In this document: positions 52,644-64,000 of the stretch, in pieces
Layout of the letters: every line of letters begins with the position of its first letter
Numbering within the stretch: position 1 is the first letter of the stretch
Assembly: GCA_902583075.1 (NCBI GenBank)
Contig: CACHUN010000004.1
Location: 8,680-72,679, forward strand
DNA from: an uncultured Pelagibacteraceae bacterium
GTDB taxonomy: Bacteria > Pseudomonadota > Alphaproteobacteria > Pelagibacterales > Pelagibacteraceae
Length of the DNA stretch: 64,000 nt
Direction of reading: 5' to 3'
Notes under the pieces: generated by a model
What the model was told of the DNA's origin: nothing
Databases searched by the model: none
What the model saw: only the letters and a program-made list of their open reading frames with translations
Made by a program: the position numbers and the translations under genes

Positions 52644-54038
52644 CTAAGAGTGTATTTCTCTTTTATCAACTGATAGAGCTGCTTCTTTAATTGCTTCTGA
52701 GAAAGTAGGATGTGCGTGACAAGTTCTTGCTATATCCTCTGAACTTGCTCCAAATTCCATAGCAACAGACATCTCAGCTATCATTTCACCTGCATGTGGA
52801 CCAATTATGTGCACACCTAAAACTCTATCTGTTGTACTTTCAGCTAGTATTTTAACAAATCCCTCTGGCTCATTTATTGCTTTAGCCCTTGAGTTTGCCA
52901 TAAAAGGAAATTTGCCAACTTTAAAGTTTATTTTTTTTTCTTTTAATTCTTCCTCGGTTTTACCAACATAGGCTACCTCTGGTGAAGTATAAATTACACC
53001 TGGTATGATATCATAATTCACATGACCTGACTGTCCAGCAATTAGCTCCGCCACAGCTATTCCTTCTTCTTCAGCTTTGTGAGCCAACATAGGTCCATCT
53101 ATAACATCTCCTATTGCATAAACATTTTTTACATTGGTTTCAAAATTTTTATTAACTTTTATTTTTCCTTTTTTATCCAGATTTACTCCAATTTTTTCTA
53201 AATTTAATTTATCTGTGTAGGGTTTTCTTCCAACAGAAATCAAAACTACGTCAGCTTCAATATTATTTTTTGAATCTTTGTTTGTCGTTTCTATAATTAC
53301 TCCTTTGTCATTTTTAGTAATTTTTTCAACTTTAGTATTTAATTCAAATTTAATATTCTGTTTTTTTAAAATTTTCATAAATTCATTTGAAATTTCTTTA
53401 TCGAGTCCTGGTGTGATGTGATCTAAATATTCTATAACGTGAACCTCACTTCCTAATCTTGACCAAACAGAACCCATCTCCAATCCAATATACCCACCCC
53501 CAACAACAACCATTTTTTTTGGAAGCTTAGAGATGTTAAGAGCCCCAGTTGATGAAAGAATTTTTTTTTCATCAAAATCTATTCCTGGAAGAGATAAAGG
53601 CTCTGATCCTGTACTTATTATAGTTTTATCAGTTTTGATTTTTATTTCTGATTTATCATTTTTGACTAATATTTCATTTTTTTCATTAAAAGATCCAACC
53701 CCTTTAATGTAAGTAACTTTGTTTTTTTTAAATAAAAACTCCACTCCTTTTGTAAGTGTTGAAACTGAGCTTTCTTTATTGCTCATCATTTTTTCCAGAT
53801 TAAGCTTAATTTCACCAGTTTCGATGCCAATATCAGAGAACTTTTTAGCTCTATGAAAACTTTCTGACATATTTAACAGGCTTTTAGAGGGAATACATCC
53901 TATATTAAGACATGTACCTCCCAAAGATCCTCTGGACTCTACACACGCAGTTTTTAATCCTAATTGTGATAATCTAATCGCACAAACATATCCTGCAGGT
54001 CCTCCTCCAATTACAGTAACATCAAATTTTTCAGCCAT
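52644..54038 (-). CDS. lpdA: Dihydrolipoamide dehydrogenase
   Basis: GGGPAGY, GGTCLNIGCIPSK and HAHPTFSE motifs. Confidence 0.97.
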   Translation of the reverse strand: MAEKFDVTVIGGGPAGYVCAIRLSQLGLKTACVESRGSLGGTCLNIGCIPSKSLLNMSESFHRAKKFSDIGIETGEIKLNLEKMMSNKESSVSTLTKGVEFLFKKNKVTYIKGVGSFNEKNEILVKNDKSEIKIKTDKTIISTGSEPLSLPGIDFDEKKILSSTGALNISKLPKKMVVVGGGYIGLEMGSVWSRLGSEVHVIEYLDHITPGLDKEISNEFMKILKKQNIKFELNTKVEKITKNDKGVIIETTNKDSKNNIEADVVLISVGRKPYTDKLNLEKIGVNLDKKGKIKVNKNFETNVKNVYAIGDVIDGPMLAHKAEEEGIAVAELIAGQSGHVNYDIIPGVIYTSPEVAYVGKTEEELKEKKINFKVGKFPFMANSRAKAINEPEGFVKILAESTTDRVLGVHIIGPHAGEMIAEMSVAMEFGASSEDIARTCHAHPTFSEAIKEAALSVDKREIHS

Positions 54039-55360
54039 TAGATATTTAAAAATAATCTTCTAGGGTCTTCTAAATTTTCTTTAACAGTTTTTAAGAACGA
54101 CACGGATTCCTTTCCATCAATAATTCTATGATCATATGACAAAGCCAAATACATTATAGGCTTAATTTTTATATCACCATTGTCATTTACTGGTCTTTCA
54201 ACAATATTGTGCATGCCTAATACGCCTGATTGAGGAGGATTTAATATTGGTGTTGAAAGCATAGAACCATATACACCTCCATTACTTATAGTAAAGGTAC
54301 CACCCTGTAAATCCTCAATTGTTAGACTACCTTCGTTTGCCTTTTCAGATAATTTTTTAATTTCTTTTTCTATATCAGCAAATGACATCTCATCTGCATT
54401 TCTTAGCACTGGAACTACTAAACCTTTTTCAGTTCCAACAGCGAAACTAATATTATAATAATTCTTATAAATTATGTCTTGATCTTCAATCTCAGCGTTA
54501 ATTGCTGGAAATAATTTTAGTCCAACGACACAAGCTTTAACAAAAAATGACATTAGACCCAGTTTTATTCCGTATCTGCTTTTGAAATCTTCTTGGTTAT
54601 CTTTTCTCATTGCCATAATCCCAGACATATCTACCTCGTTAAAAGTAGTTAACATTGCTGCATTGTCTTGAGCTTGTTTTAATCTTTTTGCAATCGTTTG
54701 CCTTAAACGAGTCATTTTAATTCTTTCTTCTTCACCGTATTGAATTCTTCTTTGGTTGGGTTGTGGGTTGGCTCCCATCATTGTAATTAGATCACCTTTT
54801 AAAATTCTTCCTGCTTTGCCTGTTCCCTTTACATTATCTAGGTTGATATTTTTTTCTGCAACCATTTTTCTAACTGCAGGTGAAAGAATAATTGGTTGTT
54901 GTGGGGTTTCCTCTGTTTCTACTTCCTCAGTTAAAAGTAAAGGCTCTTCCTCTAATAGCTCCATTGAACGATCTTCAGTTAATACTAATGGTTCTTCTAA
55001 CTTAGTTTGAGGTTTTTTTTCTATATCTAAATTAATTACATTGCTTTTCTGATCTTTAAATTCTTTCTCTTTATTATCCTCAAGTTGTTTTTTGCTTTCG
55101 GGTACATTTTTAATATCAACATTCCCTTCAGAAATTGAGCCTAATACAGCTCCAACTTCAACTGTATCCCCATCTTTAAAACTAATTTCTGATAATGTCC
55201 CACTAATAGGGGACGGAACTTCTAAATTTACTTTATCAGTTTCCAGTTCAACTATTGCTTCATCCGCCTCAACTGTTTCACCTTCTTTTTTCAACCATTT
55301 AGAAACTGTTGCTTCTGTAATACTTTCACCTAAAGTAGGCACTAAAATTTTTTCACTCAT
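54038..55360 (-). CDS. sucB: 2-oxoglutarate dehydrogenase E2 (dihydrolipoamide succinyltransferase)
   Basis: Lipoyl ETDKV, E3-binding SPAVRK...GTG..GRI.K.D, and YDHRIIDG motifs. Confidence 0.96.
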   Translation of the reverse strand: MSEKILVPTLGESITEATVSKWLKKEGETVEADEAIVELETDKVNLEVPSPISGTLSEISFKDGDTVEVGAVLGSISEGNVDIKNVPESKKQLEDNKEKEFKDQKSNVINLDIEKKPQTKLEEPLVLTEDRSMELLEEEPLLLTEEVETEETPQQPIILSPAVRKMVAEKNINLDNVKGTGKAGRILKGDLITMMGANPQPNQRRIQYGEEERIKMTRLRQTIAKRLKQAQDNAAMLTTFNEVDMSGIMAMRKDNQEDFKSRYGIKLGLMSFFVKACVVGLKLFPAINAEIEDQDIIYKNYYNISFAVGTEKGLVVPVLRNADEMSFADIEKEIKKLSEKANEGSLTIEDLQGGTFTISNGGVYGSMLSTPILNPPQSGVLGMHNIVERPVNDNGDIKIKPIMYLALSYDHRIIDGKESVSFLKTVKENLEDPRRLFLNI

Positions 55361-58239
55361 TGATTAAATACTTCATTTATAATTTCTTGTTGCTCAAGTT
55401 GATGCCTTTTAGCATATCCAGTGGCTGGTGATGCATCAGGACTTCTTCCAATATAAGAAACTTCATTATTTTTAGCTTTAATGGTATCCAATGTCCATTG
55501 TATATAATCTCTCACTGAAAACCATGCGCCCATATTTTTTGGCTCTTCCTGACACCAATAAAAATTAGCATTTTTAGCATATGGTTTAAGTTCTTTTACC
55601 AAACTCTTTGCTGGAAAAGGATAAAGTTGCTCTATTCTAAACATTACCACATCATCTCTTTTTAATTTTTCTCTGGCATTTAAAAGATCGAAGTATACTT
55701 TTCCTGAACAAATTATAACTTTTTTTATTTCACTAGATTTTTTTAATTTAATAAAATTTTTAGATTGATCACTTAATGCATGATCCCACATTATTCGGTG
55801 AAATGATGTTTGCTTACTAAAATCATCAATGGTTGATACACAAAACTTATTTCTTAACAAAGATTTAGGTGTCATGATTACAAGTGGTTTTCTAAAATCA
55901 CGATGTATTTGTCTACGTAAAGCGTGAAAATAATTTGCTGGAGTTGTACAATTCATAACTTGAAGATTATCATTTGCACACATTTGTAAAAATCGTTCAA
56001 GTCTAGCTGATGAATGTTCTGGCCCTTGACCTTCATAACCATGAGGTAATAACATTACTAAACCTGATGCTCTTTGCCATTTTCTTTCACCAGATGCAAT
56101 AAATTGATCAATTATAACTTGTGCACCATTTGCGAAATCACCAAATTGAGCTTCCCAAAGAGTAAGAGTATTTGGTTCTACTAAACTATATCCATATTCA
56201 AATCCTAAAACTGCAAGTTCTGACAAAAAACTATCAACTATTTCAAATTTTTTTTGATTTTTTGAAATATTATTTAATGGAATATATCTAGAATTATTTG
56301 TTTGGTCTCTTAAAACTGAATGTCTCTGACTGAATGTTCCTCTGCCAGAATCTTGTCCTACAAATCGAACTGGAAAACCTTCATCTAATAATGAACCAAA
56401 AGCTAATGATTCAGCAGTAGACCAGTCAATATTAAAACCATCGTCTACAGATTTTTTTCTACTTTGCAAAATTTTGCTAATAGTTTTGTGAGTACTTATT
56501 TCAGATGGAACAACATTTATTTTATCTGAAATATTTTTTAGTATTTTTTCATCTGCTCCAGTAATTCCTCTTTTATCTTTCCCTTTTTTAGGTTTATAGC
56601 TAGACCATGCTCCTTCAAACCATTCAATTTTAGGATTATAATCTTTAGCTGTTTTAAATTGATCATCTAAAAGATCTTTAAATTTTTTAATTTGATCATT
56701 TAAACCCTCTTTAGATATTAAATTTTCATTAATAAGTTTAGATCCATATATATTCGCTGTTGATTGATGCGATCTAATTTTTTTATACATCAATGGTTGA
56801 GTGAATGATGGCTCATCTCCCTCATTGTGTCCAAATCGTCTATAACAAACTAAGTCAATTACTACATCTCGATTGAACTTTAATCTAAATTCGGTTGCAA
56901 TTCTTGAGGCATAAACAACGGCTTCTGGGTCATCTCCATTGACATGGATGATAGGTGCATCAACCATTTTAGCAATATCTGATGGGTGAGGGGAAGATCT
57001 TGCAAACCTAGGGCTTGTGGTAAATCCAATTTGATTATTCACTATTATATGAATAGTTCCACCTGTATTGTGTCCTGGTAAACCCGACATTGCAAAACAT
57101 TCGGCAACAATACCTTGTCCAGCAAAAGCAGCATCTCCATGAATTAAAATTGGAATTACTTTATTTCTTTCAGTATCTTTATGAAAAAATTGTTTTGCTC
57201 TAGTCTGACCTAGCACAACTGGATTAACTGCTTCCAAGTGCGAAGGATTATCTGTTAAACTCACATGTACAGAATTTCCATCAAATTCTCTGTCAGATGA
57301 AGCTCCCAAATGATATTTCACATCCCCAGCACTATCCTCGTCTGTATTGTTTATTTCACCTGCAAATTCATTAAATATTCTTTTGTATGATTTTTGTAAG
57401 ACGTTAGCTAAAACATTTAGTCTTCCTCTGTGAGACATTCCAATTTTAACCTCTTTAATCTTGGATTGGCCTCCAATTTTTATAATTTGCTCCAAACCTG
57501 GAATTAAGCTTTCACCTCCATCTAGACCAAATCTTTTGGAACCAACATATTTTGTATGTAAAAATTTCTCAAATCCCTCAGCTTGAATTAATTTATTCAA
57601 AATTGCATTTTTACCATTTTCTGTAAATTTTAATGCATTTTCATCTTTTTCTACTCTGTCCCTAAACCATTTTCTCTCTGTTGGATTTGATATATGCATA
57701 TATTCATAACCAACTGATCCACAATAAGTTTTTCTAAGTATAGATAAAATTTCTTTTATGTTTGAATACTCTTTATTTAAAACACCATCTAAATATATTT
57801 GCTTATCATAATCTTCTTTATTAAAACCATAATTTTCTGGGTGCAATTCATCTAAATATTCACTTTCTCTAATTTCAAGTGGATCTAGTTTAGAGAGTAG
57901 ATGACCTCTTTGTCTATAAGATCTAATAAGTGAAACAGCTCTTATTGAGTTACTATTACCAGCTATAACATCTACTTGATTAACATTAAGATTAGAGAGT
58001 TCTTTATTTAAATCTATATTTTCTTTAATTTTTACTTTTTTTGGACTCCATGAAGGACCTTTTATTTCTTTAACTACAGACTCTAATTCTTCACCAATAT
58101 CAATAAAATATTCTTTCCAACCACTGGGTAGGTTTGGGTCTTTATTTATAAACTTCACATACATTTGCTCAATAAAAGCATTATTTGACTTGTTTAAAAA
58201 TGAAGTTTTTTTGAACTCAAGATTTTTGGAAGCTGACAT
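55357..58239 (-). CDS. sucA: 2-oxoglutarate dehydrogenase E1
   Basis: [30 protein letters not shown] and EAQFGDF motifs. Confidence 0.98.
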   Translation of the reverse strand: MSASKNLEFKKTSFLNKSNNAFIEQMYVKFINKDPNLPSGWKEYFIDIGEELESVVKEIKGPSWSPKKVKIKENIDLNKELSNLNVNQVDVIAGNSNSIRAVSLIRSYRQRGHLLSKLDPLEIRESEYLDELHPENYGFNKEDYDKQIYLDGVLNKEYSNIKEILSILRKTYCGSVGYEYMHISNPTERKWFRDRVEKDENALKFTENGKNAILNKLIQAEGFEKFLHTKYVGSKRFGLDGGESLIPGLEQIIKIGGQSKIKEVKIGMSHRGRLNVLANVLQKSYKRIFNEFAGEINNTDEDSAGDVKYHLGASSDREFDGNSVHVSLTDNPSHLEAVNPVVLGQTRAKQFFHKDTERNKVIPILIHGDAAFAGQGIVAECFAMSGLPGHNTGGTIHIIVNNQIGFTTSPRFARSSPHPSDIAKMVDAPIIHVNGDDPEAVVYASRIATEFRLKFNRDVVIDLVCYRRFGHNEGDEPSFTQPLMYKKIRSHQSTANIYGSKLINENLISKEGLNDQIKKFKDLLDDQFKTAKDYNPKIEWFEGAWSSYKPKKGKDKRGITGADEKILKNISDKINVVPSEISTHKTISKILQSRKKSVDDGFNIDWSTAESLAFGSLLDEGFPVRFVGQDSGRGTFSQRHSVLRDQTNNSRYIPLNNISKNQKKFEIVDSFLSELAVLGFEYGYSLVEPNTLTLWEAQFGDFANGAQVIIDQFIASGERKWQRASGLVMLLPHGYEGQGPEHSSARLERFLQMCANDNLQVMNCTTPANYFHALRRQIHRDFRKPLVIMTPKSLLRNKFCVSTIDDFSKQTSFHRIMWDHALSDQSKNFIKLKKSSEIKKVIICSGKVYFDLLNAREKLKRDDVVMFRIEQLYPFPAKSLVKELKPYAKNANFYWCQEEPKNMGAWFSVRDYIQWTLDTIKAKNNEVSYIGRSPDASPATGYAKRHQLEQQEIINEVFNQ

Positions 58240-58274
58240 ATTTATTATTTAAATATTATACAAACAAAATGTTA

Positions 58275-59150
58275 TCAATTAGACAATTTATTTAGTAGAG
58301 TTTTTCCAATATCAGAGGGAGAATTTGCAACAGTTATACCACAATCTTGCATGATTCTTATCTTTTCCTCTGCATTTCCTTTGCCACCTGAAATAATTGC
58401 TCCAGCATGTCCCATCCTTCTTCCTGGTGGAGCAGTAACTCCAGCTATGAATCCGACAATTGGTTTTTTTATTTTATGATTTTTAACAAATTCTGCAGCT
58501 TCCTCTTCAGCAGTTCCACCTATTTCTCCAATCATTAATATAGACTCTGTTTGATCGTCATTTAGAAAAAGATCAAGACAATCAATGAAATTAGTTCCAT
58601 TAATTGGATCGCCTCCAATGCCAATACATGTGGATTGACCAAGGTTGTTTTCTGTTGTTTGAGCAACTGCTTCGTAGGTTAGAGTTCCTGATCTTGATAC
58701 AATTCCAACTGAACCTTTTTTATGAATATTGCCTGGCATTATTCCAATTTTACACTCGTTAGGTGTAATGATACCTGGACAATTCGGACCAATTAGTCTG
58801 GAGTTTGAGTTTTCTAGTTTTTTTTTTACTTTTAGCATATCTAGAATTGGTATTCCCTCGCTTATACACACGATTAATTCAATAGATGCATCTATAGCTT
58901 CAATTATTGCTGAGGAAGCGAATTTTGCAGGTACATATATCATTGAAGCATCTGCACCTGTAGCATTTTTTGCCTCTTTGACAGTATTAAATACCGGTCT
59001 TTCCAAATGAATTTGACCTCCTTTTTTAGGTGTTACGCCTCCAACTAAGTTTGTTCCATATTTAATAGATTGCTCAGAATGAAAAGTTCCATGAGCACCA
59101 GTGAAACCTTGACAAATTACTTTGGTATCTTTGTTAATTAAAACTGACAT
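58275..59150 (-). CDS. sucD: Succinyl-CoA synthetase alpha subunit
   Basis: [20 protein letters not shown] and MGHAGA motifs. Confidence 0.98.
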   Translation of the reverse strand: MSVLINKDTKVICQGFTGAHGTFHSEQSIKYGTNLVGGVTPKKGGQIHLERPVFNTVKEAKNATGADASMIYVPAKFASSAIIEAIDASIELIVCISEGIPILDMLKVKKKLENSNSRLIGPNCPGIITPNECKIGIMPGNIHKKGSVGIVSRSGTLTYEAVAQTTENNLGQSTCIGIGGDPINGTNFIDCLDLFLNDDQTESILMIGEIGGTAEEEAAEFVKNHKIKKPIVGFIAGVTAPPGRRMGHAGAIISGGKGNAEEKIRIMQDCGITVANSPSDIGKTLLNKLSN

Positions 59151-60316
59151 TATTTAAATTTTATTGCCTCAACTATTTTTTTTGCTGCATCAGATAAATC
59201 ATTTGCAGAAATTATTTCTAAACCAGAATTCTCTAATATTTTTTTTCCTTCTTCAAAGTTTGTTCCTGCTAGTCTAACTACTAATGGAACATTAATTTGA
59301 ATTTCTTTTGCTGCGTCTACAACACCTTGTGCAAGAACATCACATCTCATAATTCCACCAAAAATATTAATCAATATTCCTTTTACATTTTTGTCAGATA
59401 ATATAATTTTAAAAGCAGCTGAAACTTTTTCTTTGGATGCACCACCACCTACGTCTAAAAAATTTGCAGGTTCTTGTCCGTACAATTTAATAATATCCAT
59501 GGTAGCCATTGCTAATCCAGCGCCATTTACCATACATCCTATATTTCCATCCAATTTAATGTATGCTAGATCATGTTTGCTTGCTTCAATTTCTGCTTCT
59601 TCTTCTTCATTAAAATCTCTAAGCTTTTGAATTTCTGGATGCTTAAATAATGCATTTTCATCAAACGTCATCTTTGCATCTAAACATACAATTTTGTTTT
59701 TTTTTGTTAAAATAAGAGGATTTATCTCTACTAGGTTTGCATCTGTATCAATGAACATTTTATACATTGATTTTATTAGATTAATTGCTTGTTTGCTCGC
59801 ATTGTTGTCTAAATCAAAAATTTTAATGATTTTGCTACAGTCTCCCTCTGAAATACTTTCATTAAAATCTACTTTAGTAGTGATTATTTTCTCTGGTGAT
59901 TTTATGGCAACTTCCTCTATATTCATTCCACCCTGATCACTTGAAATAAATGCAATTTTCGCAGAAGCTCTATCAATAAGACAGGACAAATAGAATTCTT
60001 TTTCTATTTCTGATACAGTTTCAACATACAATCTTTTTACCTCTCTTCCTGATGGTCCAGTTTGATGAGTAACTAATGTTTTTCCAAACAATTTATTCGC
60101 TTCCTCTTCCAAAAGAGTAATATTATCAACAATTTTTACTCCTCCAGCCTTTCCTCTGCCTCCTGCATGAATTTGAGCTTTTAATACATACTTATCAGCT
60201 TTAAGATTTTTTACTTTTTCAATTAACTCATTTACATTAAGAGCATAAACGCCCTCGGGAACAATCGCGCCATACTTTTTAAGTATATCCTTTGCCTGGT
60301 GCTCGTGAATATTCAT
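59150..60316 (-). CDS. sucC: Succinyl-CoA synthetase beta subunit
   Basis: [23 protein letters not shown] and [11 protein letters not shown] motifs. Confidence 0.98.
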   Translation of the reverse strand: MNIHEHQAKDILKKYGAIVPEGVYALNVNELIEKVKNLKADKYVLKAQIHAGGRGKAGGVKIVDNITLLEEEANKLFGKTLVTHQTGPSGREVKRLYVETVSEIEKEFYLSCLIDRASAKIAFISSDQGGMNIEEVAIKSPEKIITTKVDFNESISEGDCSKIIKIFDLDNNASKQAINLIKSMYKMFIDTDANLVEINPLILTKKNKIVCLDAKMTFDENALFKHPEIQKLRDFNEEEEAEIEASKHDLAYIKLDGNIGCMVNGAGLAMATMDIIKLYGQEPANFLDVGGGASKEKVSAAFKIILSDKNVKGILINIFGGIMRCDVLAQGVVDAAKEIQINVPLVVRLAGTNFEEGKKILENSGLEIISANDLSDAAKKIVEAIKFK

Positions 60317-61285
<969 letters not shown>

Positions 61286-62779
61286 TTATTTCATTGTTGG
61301 CATTATAAACTCAGCATTAGATCTAATTCCTGATGGCCATCTGGAGGTAATTGTTTTTAATTTAGTATAAAATTTTACACCTTCCATACCATGCGTTCCA
61401 CTATCTCCAAATAAAGACCTTTTCCATCCTCCGAAACTATGAAAAGCCATTGGCACTGGTATTGGAACATTTATTCCTACCATTCCAACTTGAATTTTGC
61501 TTGCGAATGTTCTCCCTGCATCTCCATCTCTAGTATAAATGCTAACTCCATTTCCGTATTCGTGCTCATTAATCATTTTTGTAGCCTCTTCAAATGTTTT
61601 TACTCTCACGACAGATAAAACTGGTCCAAATATTTCCTCTTTGTAAATTCTCATGTCAGTAGTCACATGATCAAAAAGACACCCACCAATATAAAAACCA
61701 TTTTCATAGCCCTGCAATTTCAAATTTCTTCCATCAAGAACAAGTTTTGCTCCTTCTTTAACACCTAGATCTACATAGCCTTTTACTTTTTCCAAATGTT
61801 CTTTGGTTACTAAAGGGCCCATCTCAGATGATTTATCCATACCCGGTCCAATTTTTAATGCTTCAGCTTTTTTTGATAGCCTTGAGACTAACTCATCACC
61901 TACATCACCGACCGCTACTGCTACTGACTGAGCCATACATCTTTCTCCAGCTGAACCATATGCAGCACCCATTAAACCATTCACTGCACTATCTAAATCA
62001 CAATCTGGCATTACAACTAAATGATTTTTTGCTCCACCTAATGCTTGGACTCTTTTCTCATTTTTAGCTGCATTTTCGTAAATGTATTTAGCAATAGGAG
62101 TTGATCCAACAAAACTAACTGCTTTAATATTTTGGTTTGTTAATATCGCATCAACAACCTCTTTATCACCATTTACAACATTAAAAACTCCCTCTGGAAG
62201 ACCAGCTTCATGAAGCAGTTCTGCCAATTTCATCGGACATGAGGGATCTTTTTCTGATGGTTTTAAAATAAAACTATTACCACAAGCTATAGCTAACGGA
62301 AACATCCACATCGGTACCATCGCTGGAAAATTAAATGGGGTTATGCCTGCTGCAACACCCAAAGGCTGTCGCATTGAATAACTATCAACGTTTGTTCCAA
62401 CATTTTCGGAAAACTCTCCTTTGAGCAAGTGTGGAATTCCACATGCAAACTCAACAACTTCTAATCCTCTTATTAATGATCCCTTAGCATCCTCATAAAC
62501 TTTTCCATGTTCTGAGACTATTAATTTTGCCAATTCATCAAAATTTTTTTCGATAAGCTCTTTGAATTTAAACATTATTCTTGCTCTTTGAAGTGGAGGA
62601 TTTAATGACCAAGTCTTAAAAGCTTTTTGTGCAATTTCTACTGCACTATCCAAATCTGCTTTTGAGGCTAAATTAACCCCAGACTCTTGTTCCCCGGTTG
62701 CTGGATTAAAGATTTTTCCTTTTCTCTCTGAATTACCTGATATTACTTTTCCACCAACAAAATGTTTGATTAAATTCAT
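61286..62779 (-). CDS. mmsA: CoA-acylating (methyl)malonate-semialdehyde dehydrogenase
   Basis: ITPFNFPAM, FVGST, GAKNH, GERCMA and INVPIPVP motifs. Confidence 0.95.
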   Translation of the reverse strand: MNLIKHFVGGKVISGNSERKGKIFNPATGEQESGVNLASKADLDSAVEIAQKAFKTWSLNPPLQRARIMFKFKELIEKNFDELAKLIVSEHGKVYEDAKGSLIRGLEVVEFACGIPHLLKGEFSENVGTNVDSYSMRQPLGVAAGITPFNFPAMVPMWMFPLAIACGNSFILKPSEKDPSCPMKLAELLHEAGLPEGVFNVVNGDKEVVDAILTNQNIKAVSFVGSTPIAKYIYENAAKNEKRVQALGGAKNHLVVMPDCDLDSAVNGLMGAAYGSAGERCMAQSVAVAVGDVGDELVSRLSKKAEALKIGPGMDKSSEMGPLVTKEHLEKVKGYVDLGVKEGAKLVLDGRNLKLQGYENGFYIGGCLFDHVTTDMRIYKEEIFGPVLSVVRVKTFEEATKMINEHEYGNGVSIYTRDGDAGRTFASKIQVGMVGINVPIPVPMAFHSFGGWKRSLFGDSGTHGMEGVKFYTKLKTITSRWPSGIRSNAEFIMPTMK

Positions 62780-62803
62780 GATTGAAATTATTTAATTAAG
62801 TAA

Positions 62804-63574
62804 TCAAGCTGTTGCAAGCATTTTCTTTATCTCTGCAATAGCTTTTGCAGGATTTAAGCCCTTGGGACAAGCATTTGTACAATTCAAGATAGTATGACAT
62901 CTATAAAGTTTAAGCTCGTCAGCAACTTTTTTAAGTCTTTCTTTTCTATCCTCATCTCTACTATCAATTATCCATCTATAAGCCTGAAGTAAAACAGCTG
63001 GACCTAAATATTTTTCACCATTCCACCAATAACTTGGGCAAGACGTTGAACAACATGCACACATTATGCATTCATAGAAACCATCCAATTTTGCTCTATC
63101 TTCTTTTGATTGAATATTTTCCTTATCATTTTTTTTTGTGGTTTTTAACCAAGGTTCAACTGATTCATATTGTTTATACAATGTACTCAGATCTCCAATT
63201 AAATCTTTTAAAACTTTTAAATGAGGTAAAGGATAGATATCAATATCTCCTTCCAACTCTGAATGAGCTTTGGTACACGCTAAACCGTTTTTTCCATTCA
63301 TATTCATTGCACAAGATCCACAAACTCCATGCGCACATGATCTTCTATACGCAATCGAAGGATCTATTTCATTTTTAATTTTATTTAATATATCCAGGAC
63401 TTTTGATGAACAGTTATCCATATCAACTTCATAAGTATCAATTCTTGGATTTTCATTTTTAGATGGATCCCATCTATATACATTAACTTTTCTTATGTTT
63501 TTTGATCCTGTGTTATCTTTGTAGTACTGCCCTTTTTTTACCTTTGAATTTGCTGGTAAATTAAACTGGACCAT
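62804..63574 (-). CDS. sdhB: Succinate dehydrogenase iron-sulfur subunit
   Basis: [24 protein letters not shown] and CHTILNC...CPKG motifs. Confidence 0.97.
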   Translation of the reverse strand: MVQFNLPANSKVKKGQYYKDNTGSKNIRKVNVYRWDPSKNENPRIDTYEVDMDNCSSKVLDILNKIKNEIDPSIAYRRSCAHGVCGSCAMNMNGKNGLACTKAHSELEGDIDIYPLPHLKVLKDLIGDLSTLYKQYESVEPWLKTTKKNDKENIQSKEDRAKLDGFYECIMCACCSTSCPSYWWNGEKYLGPAVLLQAYRWIIDSRDEDRKERLKKVADELKLYRCHTILNCTNACPKGLNPAKAIAEIKKMLATA

Positions 63575-63999
63575 TAATATACTCTTTCCTGTGGAGGAAA
63601 ATATTGTACATCATTTGTTAGTGTTGATCTGTGGACAGGTCTATAGCTAATTTTAGTTTTTGAACCATTGCACCATGAAAGAGTATGTTGCATAAAATTT
63701 TCGTCATCTCTTTTTGGAAAATCTTCTCTTGCATGAGCCCCTCTACTTTCTTTTCTATTATAAGCAGAGTCCATTGTTGTGATTGCTTGTCTTATTAAAT
63801 TATCAAATTCTAATGTTTCAACTAAGTCGGTATTAAATATTAATGATTTATCTTTTACTGATAAAGAGTCCATGCCATCATAAGGTTTTCTGATTTCATC
63901 TACACCTTCTTTTAAAGTTTTTTCTGATCTAAATACAGCACACTTAGATTGCATTGTTTTTTGCATAGAAAGTCTTAGTTCAGACGTTGGATTTGAACC
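63574..63999 (-). CDS. sdhA: Succinate dehydrogenase flavoprotein, C-terminal part (truncated by the window edge)
   Basis: [17 protein letters not shown] motif and R.Y C-terminus, overlaps the sdhB start. Confidence 0.95.
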   Translation of the reverse strand, partial: GSNPTSELRLSMQKTMQSKCAVFRSEKTLKEGVDEIRKPYDGMDSLSVKDKSLIFNTDLVETLEFDNLIRQAITTMDSAYNRKESRGAHAREDFPKRDDENFMQHTLSWCNGSKTKISYRPVHRSTLTNDVQYFPPQERVY

Positions 64000-64000
64000 T

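Overview
A very AT-rich, extremely gene-dense window with tiny or overlapping intergenic spaces. Gene content and order (class I lysS, chvI-chvG-ahcY-tsaE-amgK-murU, regA, zeta subunit, atpHAGDC, sdh-mmsA-mdh-sucCDAB-lpdA) indicate the core chromosome of a streamlined alphaproteobacterium, most likely SAR11/Pelagibacterales (inference from composition and synteny, no database search run). About 60 CDS were found, and no rRNA, tRNA, CRISPR, phage or transposase was seen. The most interesting points are: (1) a four-gene polyamine operon (PLP decarboxylase, deoxyhypusine-synthase-like enzyme, aguB, aguA) that could make homospermidine by a deiminase/amidase route; (2) its structured leader, with a terminator-like hairpin between divergent genes, an alternative pairing onto the start codon and a palindrome over the putative -10; (3) a SAM-II riboswitch before metX-metW that has no Shine-Dalgarno in the pseudoknot but has a U8 tract and a competing anti-aptamer strand; (4) an RND adaptor protein that lacks the alpha-helical hairpin.
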